Positions 1 through 9,150 of a stretch of 26,152 bases of DNA are shown in pieces (the stretch's first letter is position 1; every line of letters begins with the position of its first letter). The position numbers and the translations under genes are program-made. Below the pieces are notes generated by a model that saw only the letters and a list, made by a program, of their open reading frames with translations, was not told where the DNA came from and did no database searches. The stretch is from an uncultured Deferribacteres bacterium (GTDB taxonomy: Bacteria; Zhuqueibacterota; Zhuqueibacteria; Zhuqueibacterales; Geothermadaptataceae), in assembly GCA_964014485.1 (NCBI GenBank), contig CAXHAT010000111.1, positions 1-26,152 of the forward strand. Direction: 5' to 3'.

Positions 1-1056
1 CCGGCACGCAATCCCGGCGGCGCTGAAGTGCGGTTGATCGCATTTTCCGCCAAAAACGGTCAGGAACTCTGGAAGCAAACCCTGGATTCCGGCAACCGGC
101 TTCATCGTAAACAAAACAACGCCTCGCCTTCGCCGGTAACGGACGGCGAGCATGTCTGGGTCGTAACGGGGACGGGCGCTATTTCCGCCTTTGATATGAA
201 AGGCGACCTGAAATGGAAAAAGAATTTGCAAAAAGAATACGGCGAATTCGGCCTCGGCTGGGGCTATGCTTCGTCGCCGCTGCTTTATGACGGCAAATTG
301 ATCGTGCAAGTCCTGCACGGCCGCAGAACGGATGATCCGTCTTACGTCGTCGCTTTTGACGCTGCGAATGGTGCGGTCTCGTGGCGCGTTGAACGCCCGA
401 CCGACGCGCTAATGGAATCTCCCGACGCTTACACCACGCCTGCGATTTCCGAACACGACGGCAAAACGCACATTGTCATTTCCGGCGGCGATTATGTCAC
501 GGGTCATGACCCGAAAACCGGCAAAGAAGTGTGGCGCGCCGCTGGTTTAAATCCTGAAAAACATCGCAATTATCGCGTTGTCGCTTCGCCGGTGACGGTG
601 GCTGGCATGATCTACGCGCCTTCGCGCAAAACGCCGCTGCTCGCACTCAAAGCAGGCGGCGCCGGCGATGTAACCGAGAGTCATCTCGCCTGGAAATGGG
701 AAGGCGGCTCCGCTCCGGACGTACCCACGCCGATCACGGACGGCCAGTATTTTTACATGGTCGATGATCGCGGATTGGCTTCCTGTCTCGATGCAAAAAC
801 GGGCGAGCTGGTCTGGGGCCCGGTGCGCACGGCTCAGGGCAATGTCAGCGCTTCACCTGTACTCGCGGACGGCAAAATTTATATCACAAACGAAAATTCG
901 ATCACAACAGTTTTGAGCGCGGGCGGCAAAGAACCGGAAGTTTTAGCGACGAACGATCTGGATGGAAATTACACCCTGGCTTCGCTTGCGATTGCCAATT
1001 CTCGGATTTACCTGCGGACGAATACGCATCTCTATTGTATTGGAAAAACGGATTGA
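1..1056 (+). CDS. PQQ-binding-like beta-propeller repeat protein (BamB-like family), 5'-partial
   Basis: Repeated propeller motifs ([66 protein letters not shown]). The frame is open from base 1, so the true start probably lies left of the window. Confidence 0.85.
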   Translation, partial: PARNPGGAEVRLIAFSAKNGQELWKQTLDSGNRLHRKQNNASPSPVTDGEHVWVVTGTGAISAFDMKGDLKWKKNLQKEYGEFGLGWGYASSPLLYDGKLIVQVLHGRRTDDPSYVVAFDAANGAVSWRVERPTDALMESPDAYTTPAISEHDGKTHIVISGGDYVTGHDPKTGKEVWRAAGLNPEKHRNYRVVASPVTVAGMIYAPSRKTPLLALKAGGAGDVTESHLAWKWEGGSAPDVPTPITDGQYFYMVDDRGLASCLDAKTGELVWGPVRTAQGNVSASPVLADGKIYITNENSITTVLSAGGKEPEVLATNDLDGNYTLASLAIANSRIYLRTNTHLYCIGKTD

Positions 1057-1175
1057 TGGAGAAATGGAGTGCTGGAATAGTGGAGTAATGGAATGTTGGA
1101 GTGTTGGCGAACTGGAGTAGAATTCCATTAATCCAGCAATCCACAATTCCATCAATCCAATATTCCAACATGCCA
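1057..1175. repeat. Inverted pair of 8-bp-period arrays (TGGA-N4)x8 / (N4-TCCA)x7; empty hairpin site 1
   Basis: TGGA at 1057,1065,1073,1081,1089,1097, TGGC at 1105, TGGA at 1113; TCCA at 1124,1132,1140,1148,1156,1164, GCCA at 1172. Begins immediately after the TGA stop at 1054-1056. Confidence 0.9.
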
Positions 1176-1188
1176 GGAAAACAGGACT

Positions 1189-1590
1189 ATGACCTCAATT
1201 TGCCCGAAATGCGGTTACGAGTACGAGCCGCACATTTATAAATGCAGCGATTGTGACGTGGATTTGGTTCACGCCGCAAATGTTGGACAGCAGCCTCGGA
1301 AATCAGAAAAGCGCAAAGAAGAATTTAAGGAATGGGTGCATTTGCAGACGTTCCCCGGCGTTGTTTTCGCAGAAATGGCGAAGGGGCTTTTGGAACAACA
1401 GGAAATTCCAAGCATGATTAAACGTCCTTTCCTCAGCAGCGCCTACGGCAGTTTTGGCACTGGCGGCGCAGGCGTGGATCAAGCAGATTTGCATGTTCCG
1501 CGCATTCATTTTGAGAGAGCTGAGATGATTTTGCACGATTATCTTGAAGAACCGGGAGCGGGAGAGCGAAGTGACGGCATGTTGGAGTGA
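1189..1590 (+). CDS. Hypothetical protein: N-terminal Zn ribbon plus DUF2007-like (putative signal-transducing) domain
   Basis: CPKCGYEY...CSDC, then AEMAKGLLEQQEIPS and DLHVPRIHFERAEMIL, a pattern typical of DUF2007; AGGA upstream of the ATG. Confidence 0.7.
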   Translation: MTSICPKCGYEYEPHIYKCSDCDVDLVHAANVGQQPRKSEKRKEEFKEWVHLQTFPGVVFAEMAKGLLEQQEIPSMIKRPFLSSAYGSFGTGGAGVDQADLHVPRIHFERAEMILHDYLEEPGAGERSDGMLE

Positions 1591-1731
1591 TGGAATGATG
1601 GATGGGTGGAATTTTGGAGTCGTGGAATAATGGATAATTGGAGCAATGACGGAGATCGTAAAAATCCAATAATCCATCAATCCATGATTCCATTTTCCAA
1701 CACTCCAATAATCCAGCATTCCATCACTCCA
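1583..1731. repeat. Inverted pair of 8-bp-period arrays (TGGA-N4)x8 / (N4-TCCA)x9; empty hairpin site 2
   Basis: TGGA every 8 nt from 1583 to 1639; TCCA from 1665 to 1728 (one 7-nt step). The outer 15 nt TGGAGTGATGGAATG / CATTCCATCACTCCA are perfectly complementary. The upstream stop codon (TGA 1588-1590) lies inside the first unit. Confidence 0.9.
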
Positions 1732-1792
1732 CGAGCGCAGCGAGACAGAACCTTCAACTTGAAAACTTTGAACAAATGAGCGAAGGCGAAAA

Positions 1793-4700
1793 ATGAGCTT
1801 ACCAGAATTTTCCGTAAAGCGTCCGGTAACGACGTTGATGATTATTTTGAGCGTGATTGTGCTTGGCGTCATTGGCTTGCAACGCTTGCCGCTGACCTTT
1901 ATGCCCGAGATCGAATCGGATCGCTTGCGCATCAGCATTCCGTATCCGTCGTCTTCGCCGCAGGAAGTGGATCGCAATATTGCGCGTCCGATTGAAGACA
2001 TCATGGGCACGCTTTCCGGCCTGGAAGAACTCAATTCAACTTCGAGCGCGAGCAGCTGTAACATTTCCGTCGAGTTCAAGGACGGCACGGACATGGATTT
2101 GGCGGCGGTGGAAGTCCGCGACAGACTCGACCGCGTGCGTGCGCAACTGCCTGACGATGTGGAACGCATCAACATTTTCCGCTGGCAAAGCACCGACATG
2201 CCGGTTTTCGAGTTCAGCCTCGCCTGGCCGGGACGCTCAAATGACGAATTGTACGAAGCGGCGGAAAAAACGCTCGTCCCGCAACTCCAGCGGATGGACG
2301 GCGTGGCGAACGTCGAGATTCGCGGCATGGACGAGCGGCAAGTGATGGTTGAGCTTGATCAGGAGCGAATGAAAGCGCACAATCTCGATTTTTTCAATCT
2401 CTCTCAAAGTCTGCGCACCAACAACATCAACGTCTCCGGCGGCACGGTCATCGACGCTTCGAAGAAATATTCCGTCCGTGTGATCGGCGAGTTTCAGACC
2501 GTCGACGAAATCGCGCAAACGCCGATTATGGGCACAAATCTCGTGCTGAGCGACGTGGCGCGCGTCGCCTTCGATTTCCCCGAAAAGAAAGAATTTCAGC
2601 GCCTCAACAATCAGGAATCGCTGGTGCTGCGCGTCTACAAAGCGTCGACGGCAAATGTGATCGACGTCACTACGCAAGTCGGGAAATATATTCGTAATGT
2701 TGACGAAAACCCCGCGCTTGCCGGGATGGACGTGCAAATTTTCCGCGATCAATCGCAGGAAATCACCAGCAGTCTCGACAACCTGACCTACGCCGGTATT
2801 TTCGGCGGTTTTCTTGCCATACTCGTGCTCTACGTTTTTCTGCGCAAATTCAGAACGACCGTCATCATCGCGATGGCCATTCCGATTTCGATCATCGCCA
2901 CGTTTCTGGTCATGTACCTGATTCGCATGGAGCCAATCAATTCAGGATTGACGCTGAATATTGTTTCCCTCTCCGGGCTGATGTTCGCGATTGGAATGCT
3001 AGTCGATCCGGCAGTCGTGGTTTTGGAAAACATTTTCCGCCACAAGCAGGAAGAAGGGCTGGACGGACGCAAAGCCGCAATTATTGGCGCGCGTGAAGTT
3101 GCCGTCGCGGTGACTTCCGCATCGTTAACGACGATCATCGTTTTCGTACCGCTGCCCTTCGTTCTTGGCTCTGGCTTTGGACGCTGGTTCGGCGATTTCG
3201 GTGTGACAATTGTGTCGGCAACGGCGGCAAGTTTAGTGATCGCGCTGACCGTCATTCCGCTGGCCGCCTCGCGCATGTTTACCGGCAAGGAAAAGCCGCC
3301 GTCCAAATTGCTGACCCGCATGAGCGAAGCCTACGGCACGGCGATCAAGGGCATCACGCGCTTTCCGTATTCGTTGATCGCGGTCGGCGTTTTCGGGCTC
3401 GTGCTTTACGGCGCGTTTGAACTGCAATCCAAAATAGATCGTTCCTGGATGCCGCGCACGCCGTCGCGCCAAATGAATTTGAACGCGGAGATGGATCGTA
3501 ATTTTTCGCTCGCACAAATCAACACGATCATCGATTCAACGGAACGCAAGCTCATCGGCCAAAAGGATGATCTCGAAATCGCGACGGTTTCGACCAATTT
3601 CAGCAAACGCCGGGCACGAATTGCGATCTATTTCATACCGGAAGAAGAAGCTGAGAGATCAACGACCGAACTCTACGCCGCCGTTCGTGCGCAATTGCCG
3701 GAATTTGCCGGGGTTGAGTTTAAAGCCGGACGTATGCGTGGACGCGGCGGTAATGAAGACGGGGTGAGTATTGAACTGAAAGGTAAAAACACCGACGTGC
3801 TCATCACTTACGCCGAAGAAATTCGCACACTGATGGAGGGCATTGAAGATGTGAAGGATGTCGACACTTCCATGGAGCGCGGCGACGAGGAAGTGGCGGT
3901 CAGCGTGGATCGTACGCGCGCGCAAAAATATGGCTTGACGTCGCAGCGGGTGGCGCAAACCATCTCATCGGCATTGACCAGCCGGTCGAATTCCAAATTC
4001 AAAACATCGGAACGCGAGGTCGATATTCTTGTGCAATTGGCTGAAGAAGACCGCGTCAATATCCAGCAATTACAGAATATGACCATCGAAAACAGCCAGG
4101 ATGAGAAGGTGCAGTTGGGTTCCGTCGCTGAGTTAACGGTCAGGAAAGGCCCGCAGTCGATTCGTCGGGAAGACCGCGCGACAACGATCAGGATTTTTGC
4201 CAACACCGAGCAATCCGGCCTGTGGAAAGTCAACATGGAAATCGACAAAATGATGGCCGGAATTCAATTGCCGCCGGGCTATGAGTGGAGCAAGGGACGG
4301 AACTGGCGCATGATGCGTCAGGCTGAGACCGACTCGTCGTTCGCGCTGATTCTGGCGCTCATTTTCGTGTACATCGTGATGGCGTCATTGTTCGAGTCAT
4401 TCATCCATCCGTTCACCGTTCTGTTCTCAGTGCCGTTCGCGCTCATCGGCGTTTTCGTGATGTTTTATTGGACGAGCACAACGCTCTCAACTTCAGGCTG
4501 GCTGGGCATTATCGTCGTCTGCGGGCTTGTGGTGAACAACGGCATCATACTCGTGGACGCGATTAACAAATTTCGACAACAGGGCTTGTCGCGCGCCGAA
4601 GCGATTCGCAGGGGCGGACGCAATCGCTTGCGCCCGATTTTAATGACGACGCTGACTACGCTCATCGGTCTTTTACCAATGGTCGTGCCGACGCTGTTCC

Positions 4701-4906
4701 CGGAAATCTTTGGCCAACAAGAAGGCCGCGCCGGAATGTACGCGCCCATCGGCATCGCCATCGTCGGTGGCTTCCTGACCAGCACCCCGGCGACGCTGTT
4801 CATCATGCCGATTCTCTACGTCATTTTCGACGATCTCAAAAATCTCATGACGCGCTTCGTCGCATTCATTTACACTTCGAAACCCAAACCGGCGGTGGCG
4901 GAATAG
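1793..4906 (+). CDS. Efflux RND transporter permease subunit (AcrB/AcrD/AcrF family)
   Basis: 1037 aa; FSVKRPVTT N-terminus, TM4 GMLVDPAVVVLENI, MASLFES..HPFT, RLRPILMTTLTT. Confidence 0.95.
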   Translation: MSLPEFSVKRPVTTLMIILSVIVLGVIGLQRLPLTFMPEIESDRLRISIPYPSSSPQEVDRNIARPIEDIMGTLSGLEELNSTSSASSCNISVEFKDGTDMDLAAVEVRDRLDRVRAQLPDDVERINIFRWQSTDMPVFEFSLAWPGRSNDELYEAAEKTLVPQLQRMDGVANVEIRGMDERQVMVELDQERMKAHNLDFFNLSQSLRTNNINVSGGTVIDASKKYSVRVIGEFQTVDEIAQTPIMGTNLVLSDVARVAFDFPEKKEFQRLNNQESLVLRVYKASTANVIDVTTQVGKYIRNVDENPALAGMDVQIFRDQSQEITSSLDNLTYAGIFGGFLAILVLYVFLRKFRTTVIIAMAIPISIIATFLVMYLIRMEPINSGLTLNIVSLSGLMFAIGMLVDPAVVVLENIFRHKQEEGLDGRKAAIIGAREVAVAVTSASLTTIIVFVPLPFVLGSGFGRWFGDFGVTIVSATAASLVIALTVIPLAASRMFTGKEKPPSKLLTRMSEAYGTAIKGITRFPYSLIAVGVFGLVLYGAFELQSKIDRSWMPRTPSRQMNLNAEMDRNFSLAQINTIIDSTERKLIGQKDDLEIATVSTNFSKRRARIAIYFIPEEEAERSTTELYAAVRAQLPEFAGVEFKAGRMRGRGGNEDGVSIELKGKNTDVLITYAEEIRTLMEGIEDVKDVDTSMERGDEEVAVSVDRTRAQKYGLTSQRVAQTISSALTSRSNSKFKTSEREVDILVQLAEEDRVNIQQLQNMTIENSQDEKVQLGSVAELTVRKGPQSIRREDRATTIRIFANTEQSGLWKVNMEIDKMMAGIQLPPGYEWSKGRNWRMMRQAETDSSFALILALIFVYIVMASLFESFIHPFTVLFSVPFALIGVFVMFYWTSTTLSTSGWLGIIVVCGLVVNNGIILVDAINKFRQQGLSRAEAIRRGGRNRLRPILMTTLTTLIGLLPMVVPTLFPEIFGQQEGRAGMYAPIGIAIVGGFLTSTPATLFIMPILYVIFDDLKNLMTRFVAFIYTSKPKPAVAE

Positions 4907-5071
4907 TGGAGTGATGGAGAATTGGATTGTTGGAATGCTGGATTAGTGGATTGGTAGAGTTTTGGAATGATGGAATACTGGATCATTGGAGTAGTGGCAG
5001 GGATTGCAAAAATCCACTTCTTCATCTCTCAAATATCCAATAATCCAACATTCCACTATTCCAACACTCCA
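4907..5071. repeat. Site 3: left (TGGA-N4)x12 array and proximal (N4-TCCA) array upstream of the four-helix-bundle gene
   Basis: TGGA-type units every 8 nt from 4907 to 4995, starting directly after the TAG stop (4904-4906); TCCA-type units at 5013-5071. Confidence 0.9.
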
Positions 5072-5090
5072 TTTAACAAAGGATGGTGAA

Positions 5091-5582
5091 ATGGCGGAAT
5101 ACACGCGACGGCGGAATCTGAATCGCGGTTACATGACGCTTGGCGTATGGCATCGAAGTATAGATTTGTATAAGCTGATCCATCGAATCGTTTACGTCGA
5201 TAACAGAATCGATTTCAAAGTTCGGTCGCAGATTGCCGATGCGTCCCAATCGGTTTCAGCGAATATCGCGGAAGGCTACGGGCGGAGGTCGATTAACGAA
5301 TATTTGCAATTTTTGTATATCGCGCTCGGCTCATTAGCCGAAACATTTTCCAGAGCCATTGCACTCAATGCTGCCGACCAAATCTCGTCAAAAGAACTTG
5401 AAGGGATTGACATCCTACATTATGAAGTCGAAAACAAGCTTCTCAAATTGGTTCGCTCGCTTGAAGCCAAACGCACCGACGGCACATGGCAAGCCAGAAT
5501 ATCTGATGATTTCGAAAAATACATCGCGCAACAACCAGATCAAAAAGCAGAACCCAAACCCTACAAATCCCCAAAACCATAA
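5091..5582 (+). CDS. Four helix bundle protein (23S rRNA intervening-sequence protein / bAvd-like family)
   Basis: Family motifs LGVWHRSIDL, VRSQIADASQSVSANIAEGYGR, EYLQFLYIALGSLAE. The ATG at 5091 has AAAGGA/GGTG upstream; the longer ORF from 5004 merely translates the repeat array. Confidence 0.9.
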   Translation: MAEYTRRRNLNRGYMTLGVWHRSIDLYKLIHRIVYVDNRIDFKVRSQIADASQSVSANIAEGYGRRSINEYLQFLYIALGSLAETFSRAIALNAADQISSKELEGIDILHYEVENKLLKLVRSLEAKRTDGTWQARISDDFEKYIAQQPDQKAEPKPYKSPKP

Positions 5583-5587
5583 CACAA

Positions 5588-5659
5588 ATAATCCAGTATT
5601 CCAACAATCCAAAACCCCATGATTCCAATAATCCAACATTCCACCACTCCAACAATCCA
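5588..5659. repeat. Site 3 distal (N4-TCCA)x9 array downstream of the four-helix-bundle gene
   Basis: TCCA at 5592,5600,5608, CCCA at 5616, TCCA at 5624,5632,5640,5648,5656; ends 9 nt before the ATG at 5669. Confidence 0.9.
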
Positions 5660-5668
5660 ATTTTTGAT

Positions 5669-8600
5669 ATGAAAATAGTTGATTTTTCCATTGGACGGCC
5701 GGTTACGATTGTGATGTTCATGTTCGCGGCCATCGTTTTCGGGGCGGTTGCTTTTGACCGCTTGCCGATCAATTTATTACCCGATATTACTTATCCCACG
5801 CTTACCATTCGTACCGAATACACCGGCACGGCGCCGGGCGAGATGGAGAATTTGATCTCCGAACCGGTCGAATCCGCCGTCGGCGTGGTTTCCGGCGTGG
5901 TACGCACCTCGTCGATTTCGCGCCCCGGCGCGTCCGACGTGGTGATCGAATTCGAGTGGGGCACGAACATGGATTTCGCCTCGCTTGACGTGCGTGAAAA
6001 GCTCGATCTCGTCAACCTGCCGCGCGATGCGGATCAACCAATTCTGCTGCGCTTCGATCCATCGTTAGACCCGATTATGCGCGTCGCGTTAGCTGGGGAT
6101 GAAGATTTGATCGCGCTTCGTTTGATCGCTGAGGAGCGCATTAAGCAAGAGATTGAATCCATCGAAGGCGTGGCCTCGGTGCAAGTGCTCGGCGGTTTGG
6201 AAGAAGAAATCCAAATCAATGTCGATGAGGGCAAATTGACGCAGTTGGGTCTGCCGATCACCACCGTTGCGCAGCGTTTGGCCCAGGAAAACGTCAATCT
6301 CACCGGCGGCACGCTCAAAGACGGTGAAGCGGAATTTCTCGTGCGTACGCTCAACGAATTCGAGCGCGTTGATGAAATGAACGACATTGTGGTTGGGATG
6401 CGCGGCAACGCACCGGTTCTGCTGGAAGACGTGGCCCAAGTGATCAAAAGCCACAAAGAGCGCACGGTCATCACGCACTTGAACGGGGAAGAATCCGTTG
6501 AAATCGCGATTTACAAAGAAGCCGACCAAAACACCGTTGCCGTCGCGGAAGCGGTGAAAGCCAAGCTCGACGAATTCCGCGCCGAGTACGACCGTTTCAA
6601 CGTGCCGATCAATATGACCGTCATCAGCGACCAGTCGATTTTCATCCAAAACTCCGTCGACGACGTACTTTCGACCGCGATGTATGGCGGGATTCTCGCG
6701 ATCATCGTACTGATCATTTTTCTGCGCAGCATCAAAAACACCGTCGTTATCGGGCTGGCGATTCCGATTTCGATTATCGTCACCTTTTTCTTCATGTTTA
6801 TGTCGGGCGTGTCGCTCAACATCATGTCTCTCGGCGGTTTGGCGCTGGGCGTGGGCATGTTGGTGGACAGCGCCATCGTCGTGCTCGAAGCCATCGATCG
6901 CTACAAACAGCGCGGGTTTGGCGTGGTCGAAGCGGCGAAAAAAGGCGCCAGCGAGGTCGGCCCGGCGGTGATCGCCTCGACCATGACCACGATCTGCGTG
7001 TTCGTGCCGATCATTTTTGTCGAAGGCATCGCCGGACAACTATTCAATGATCAGGCGCTGACCGTCACCTTTTCACTCGTCGCCGCTCTTTTGGCCGCGA
7101 TGACGCTGATTCCGATGCTTGCTTCGCTACAATACAAGCCGCAAAAATATCTCAAGCCCCAAAAGAGCGCCGAAACTGACACGAACGGTTCTCCCGCTGA
7201 AACGACCGCACCGCGACCGATTTTTCAGGCATTTTCCAAAATCTCCGGCGCTTTCGGACGCGCCGTTTTGTCGCCGTTTGACCGATTCATGAATTATCTC
7301 ACGAACATTTATCCGAAGGTGATCGACAGCGTGGTTGGCAAACGAGTTCGGTTCATTTTTGTCACTGTGTTGCTCTTTGTGGCCAGCGTTTTCGGCATTC
7401 GCGCCATCGGCACGGAGTTGATTCCGGAAATGAGTCAGGGCGAGTTTTTTGTTGATGCGCTTTTGCCAATCGGCACGCCGGTGGAGGAGACCAACCGCAT
7501 CGTCGACGCGATGTCGCGTCTGGCGCAAACGACGGACGAAGTTGAGCACGTCTACGCCGTTTCCGGCACCTCAACGCAAATGGGCTTCAGCGCCACCGAA
7601 GAACGCGAAAACCTCGGCCAATTACACATCAAGCTCAAACCGGGCATTGTCCGCGATGCGGAGCAGGCCGTGATGGACGAGATGCGCGATCAATTCATCG
7701 CCATTCCCGGCCTTGAGTACAAATTTTCCCGCCCGACGCTGTTCAGTTTCAAAACGCCCATCGAGGTGGAAATTCGCGGCTACAACCTGGAAGAGCTTGA
7801 GCGCTTGAGCACGGAAATGGTGGCGAGAATGCGCGAAATCCCAGGTATGCGCGACGTGAAATCGAGCACGGAAGGCGGCAATCCCGAAGTGCAAATCGTT
7901 TTCAATCGCCGCAAAGTCGCGCAAATGGGCCTGGACATCCAAACCATCGGCGCGATTGTGCGCAACAAGGTACAGGGCGAAGTGACGACGGAGATGAACC
8001 GGCAAGATCGTAAAATCGACATTCGCATTCGCAACCAGGAAGAAGACCGCAACAGTCTTGATGATCTGCGCCGCCTGGCGATCAATCCAAACAGCAGTGT
8101 GCCGATTCCGCTGGCCTCGGTCGCCGATCTCAAAATCGAGCGCGGCCCCAGCGAGATTCGTAGGGTGGATCAGGAGCGTGTGGCGTTGGTCACCGCCAAC
8201 ATCACCGACCGCGATCTCGGCTCCGTCACGGAAGACATTCAAGCGGTCATCGACGAGACTGATCTGCCGCCGGATTTTCGCATAACCATCGGCGGTCAAC
8301 AGCGGGAAATGACGACTTCGTTCGACAGCATGCAACTGGCGATTCTGCTGGCGGTTTTTCTGGTTTATCTGGTGATGGCTTCGCAGTTTGAGTCATTGGT
8401 GCAGCCGTTTATCATCATGTTCACCATCCCATTCGCCCTCGTCGGCGTGGTGCTGACGCTCATCATAACCAGCACCCCCGTGAGCGTGGTCGTACTCATC
8501 GGCGCGATCATGCTGGCTGGGATCGTGGTCAACAACGCCATCGTTCTGATCGACTACATCAATCAGTTGCGCAAGGAAGGTCTGCGCAAACTGGACGCGA

Positions 8601-8851
8601 TTAAAAAAGCCGGGCAAGTCCGCCTGCGCCCGATTCTCATGACTACAGCCACCACCGTTCTCGGCCTCCTGCCCATGGCCCTCGGCTTCGGCGACGGCGC
8701 CGAGTTGCGAACCCCGATGGCCGTCACCGTCATCGGCGGCTTGCTCGTCGGCACGCTGCTCACGCTGGTCGTGATTCCAACGGTCTATGATTTGGTGGTT
8801 CGTGAGAGAGTTATTGATGAAGAAAAAATTGCAGTTTCTGTGAATAATTGA
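5669..8851 (+). CDS. Efflux RND transporter permease subunit (AcrB/AcrD/AcrF family), second paralogue
   Basis: 1060 aa; FSIGRPVT, SLGGLALGVGMLVDSAIVVLE, MASQFES, GIVVNNAIVLID, RLRPILMTT. Confidence 0.95.
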   Translation: MKIVDFSIGRPVTIVMFMFAAIVFGAVAFDRLPINLLPDITYPTLTIRTEYTGTAPGEMENLISEPVESAVGVVSGVVRTSSISRPGASDVVIEFEWGTNMDFASLDVREKLDLVNLPRDADQPILLRFDPSLDPIMRVALAGDEDLIALRLIAEERIKQEIESIEGVASVQVLGGLEEEIQINVDEGKLTQLGLPITTVAQRLAQENVNLTGGTLKDGEAEFLVRTLNEFERVDEMNDIVVGMRGNAPVLLEDVAQVIKSHKERTVITHLNGEESVEIAIYKEADQNTVAVAEAVKAKLDEFRAEYDRFNVPINMTVISDQSIFIQNSVDDVLSTAMYGGILAIIVLIIFLRSIKNTVVIGLAIPISIIVTFFFMFMSGVSLNIMSLGGLALGVGMLVDSAIVVLEAIDRYKQRGFGVVEAAKKGASEVGPAVIASTMTTICVFVPIIFVEGIAGQLFNDQALTVTFSLVAALLAAMTLIPMLASLQYKPQKYLKPQKSAETDTNGSPAETTAPRPIFQAFSKISGAFGRAVLSPFDRFMNYLTNIYPKVIDSVVGKRVRFIFVTVLLFVASVFGIRAIGTELIPEMSQGEFFVDALLPIGTPVEETNRIVDAMSRLAQTTDEVEHVYAVSGTSTQMGFSATEERENLGQLHIKLKPGIVRDAEQAVMDEMRDQFIAIPGLEYKFSRPTLFSFKTPIEVEIRGYNLEELERLSTEMVARMREIPGMRDVKSSTEGGNPEVQIVFNRRKVAQMGLDIQTIGAIVRNKVQGEVTTEMNRQDRKIDIRIRNQEEDRNSLDDLRRLAINPNSSVPIPLASVADLKIERGPSEIRRVDQERVALVTANITDRDLGSVTEDIQAVIDETDLPPDFRITIGGQQREMTTSFDSMQLAILLAVFLVYLVMASQFESLVQPFIIMFTIPFALVGVVLTLIITSTPVSVVVLIGAIMLAGIVVNNAIVLIDYINQLRKEGLRKLDAIKKAGQVRLRPILMTTATTVLGLLPMALGFGDGAELRTPMAVTVIGGLLVGTLLTLVVIPTVYDLVVRERVIDEEKIAVSVNN

Positions 8852-8885
8852 CAGGCGGGTGAGACCGGCGCGACGACTTTACAGA

Positions 8886-9122
8886 TCAGGCCGCATATCG
8901 AATAACTTCCAACTCCGCTGCGTGGTCGACTTTTGCGAGAATCTCGTCGACGCGGGTGAGAATTGGGTCAGCCAAAAGATATTCGGAGCAATTCTCGCAT
9001 TGCTGAACCGGCATGTTTTTGAGAATGACAATCGTCGCGCCGTTAATCTTAAACGGAAGGTTTGTCACGAGCCGCTCCATTTTAGATCCGCAAACACGGC
9101 ATCGTATTTTACCCATCGCCAT
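8886..9122 (-). CDS. YgiT-type zinc finger protein (MqsA N-terminal-like antitoxin domain)
   Basis: CRVCGSKM...IVILKNMPVQQCENCSEYLL...IRYAA. Start at 9122 or 9116 is uncertain. Confidence 0.8.
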   Translation of the reverse strand: MAMGKIRCRVCGSKMERLVTNLPFKINGATIVILKNMPVQQCENCSEYLLADPILTRVDEILAKVDHAAELEVIRYAA

Positions 9123-9150
9123 TGTTTCATTTTGTTTTGAGCGGCGCTTT

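Noticed and set aside
5091..5582. Diversity-generating retroelement (Avd-like gene)
   Set aside because: No reverse transcriptase and no TR/VR pair with adenine-specific mismatches is seen in the window.
5091..5582. rRNA gene with an intervening sequence
   Set aside because: The flanks are protein-coding RND genes; no rRNA sequence is present.
1057..5659. Octamer arrays as degenerate mini-CRISPRs or peptide-coding repeats
   Set aside because: The period is 8 nt with no spacer-sized unique segments; ORFs crossing them (902-1171, 943-1155, 1433-1708, 5415-5660, 5004 extension) are low-complexity translations of the repeats.
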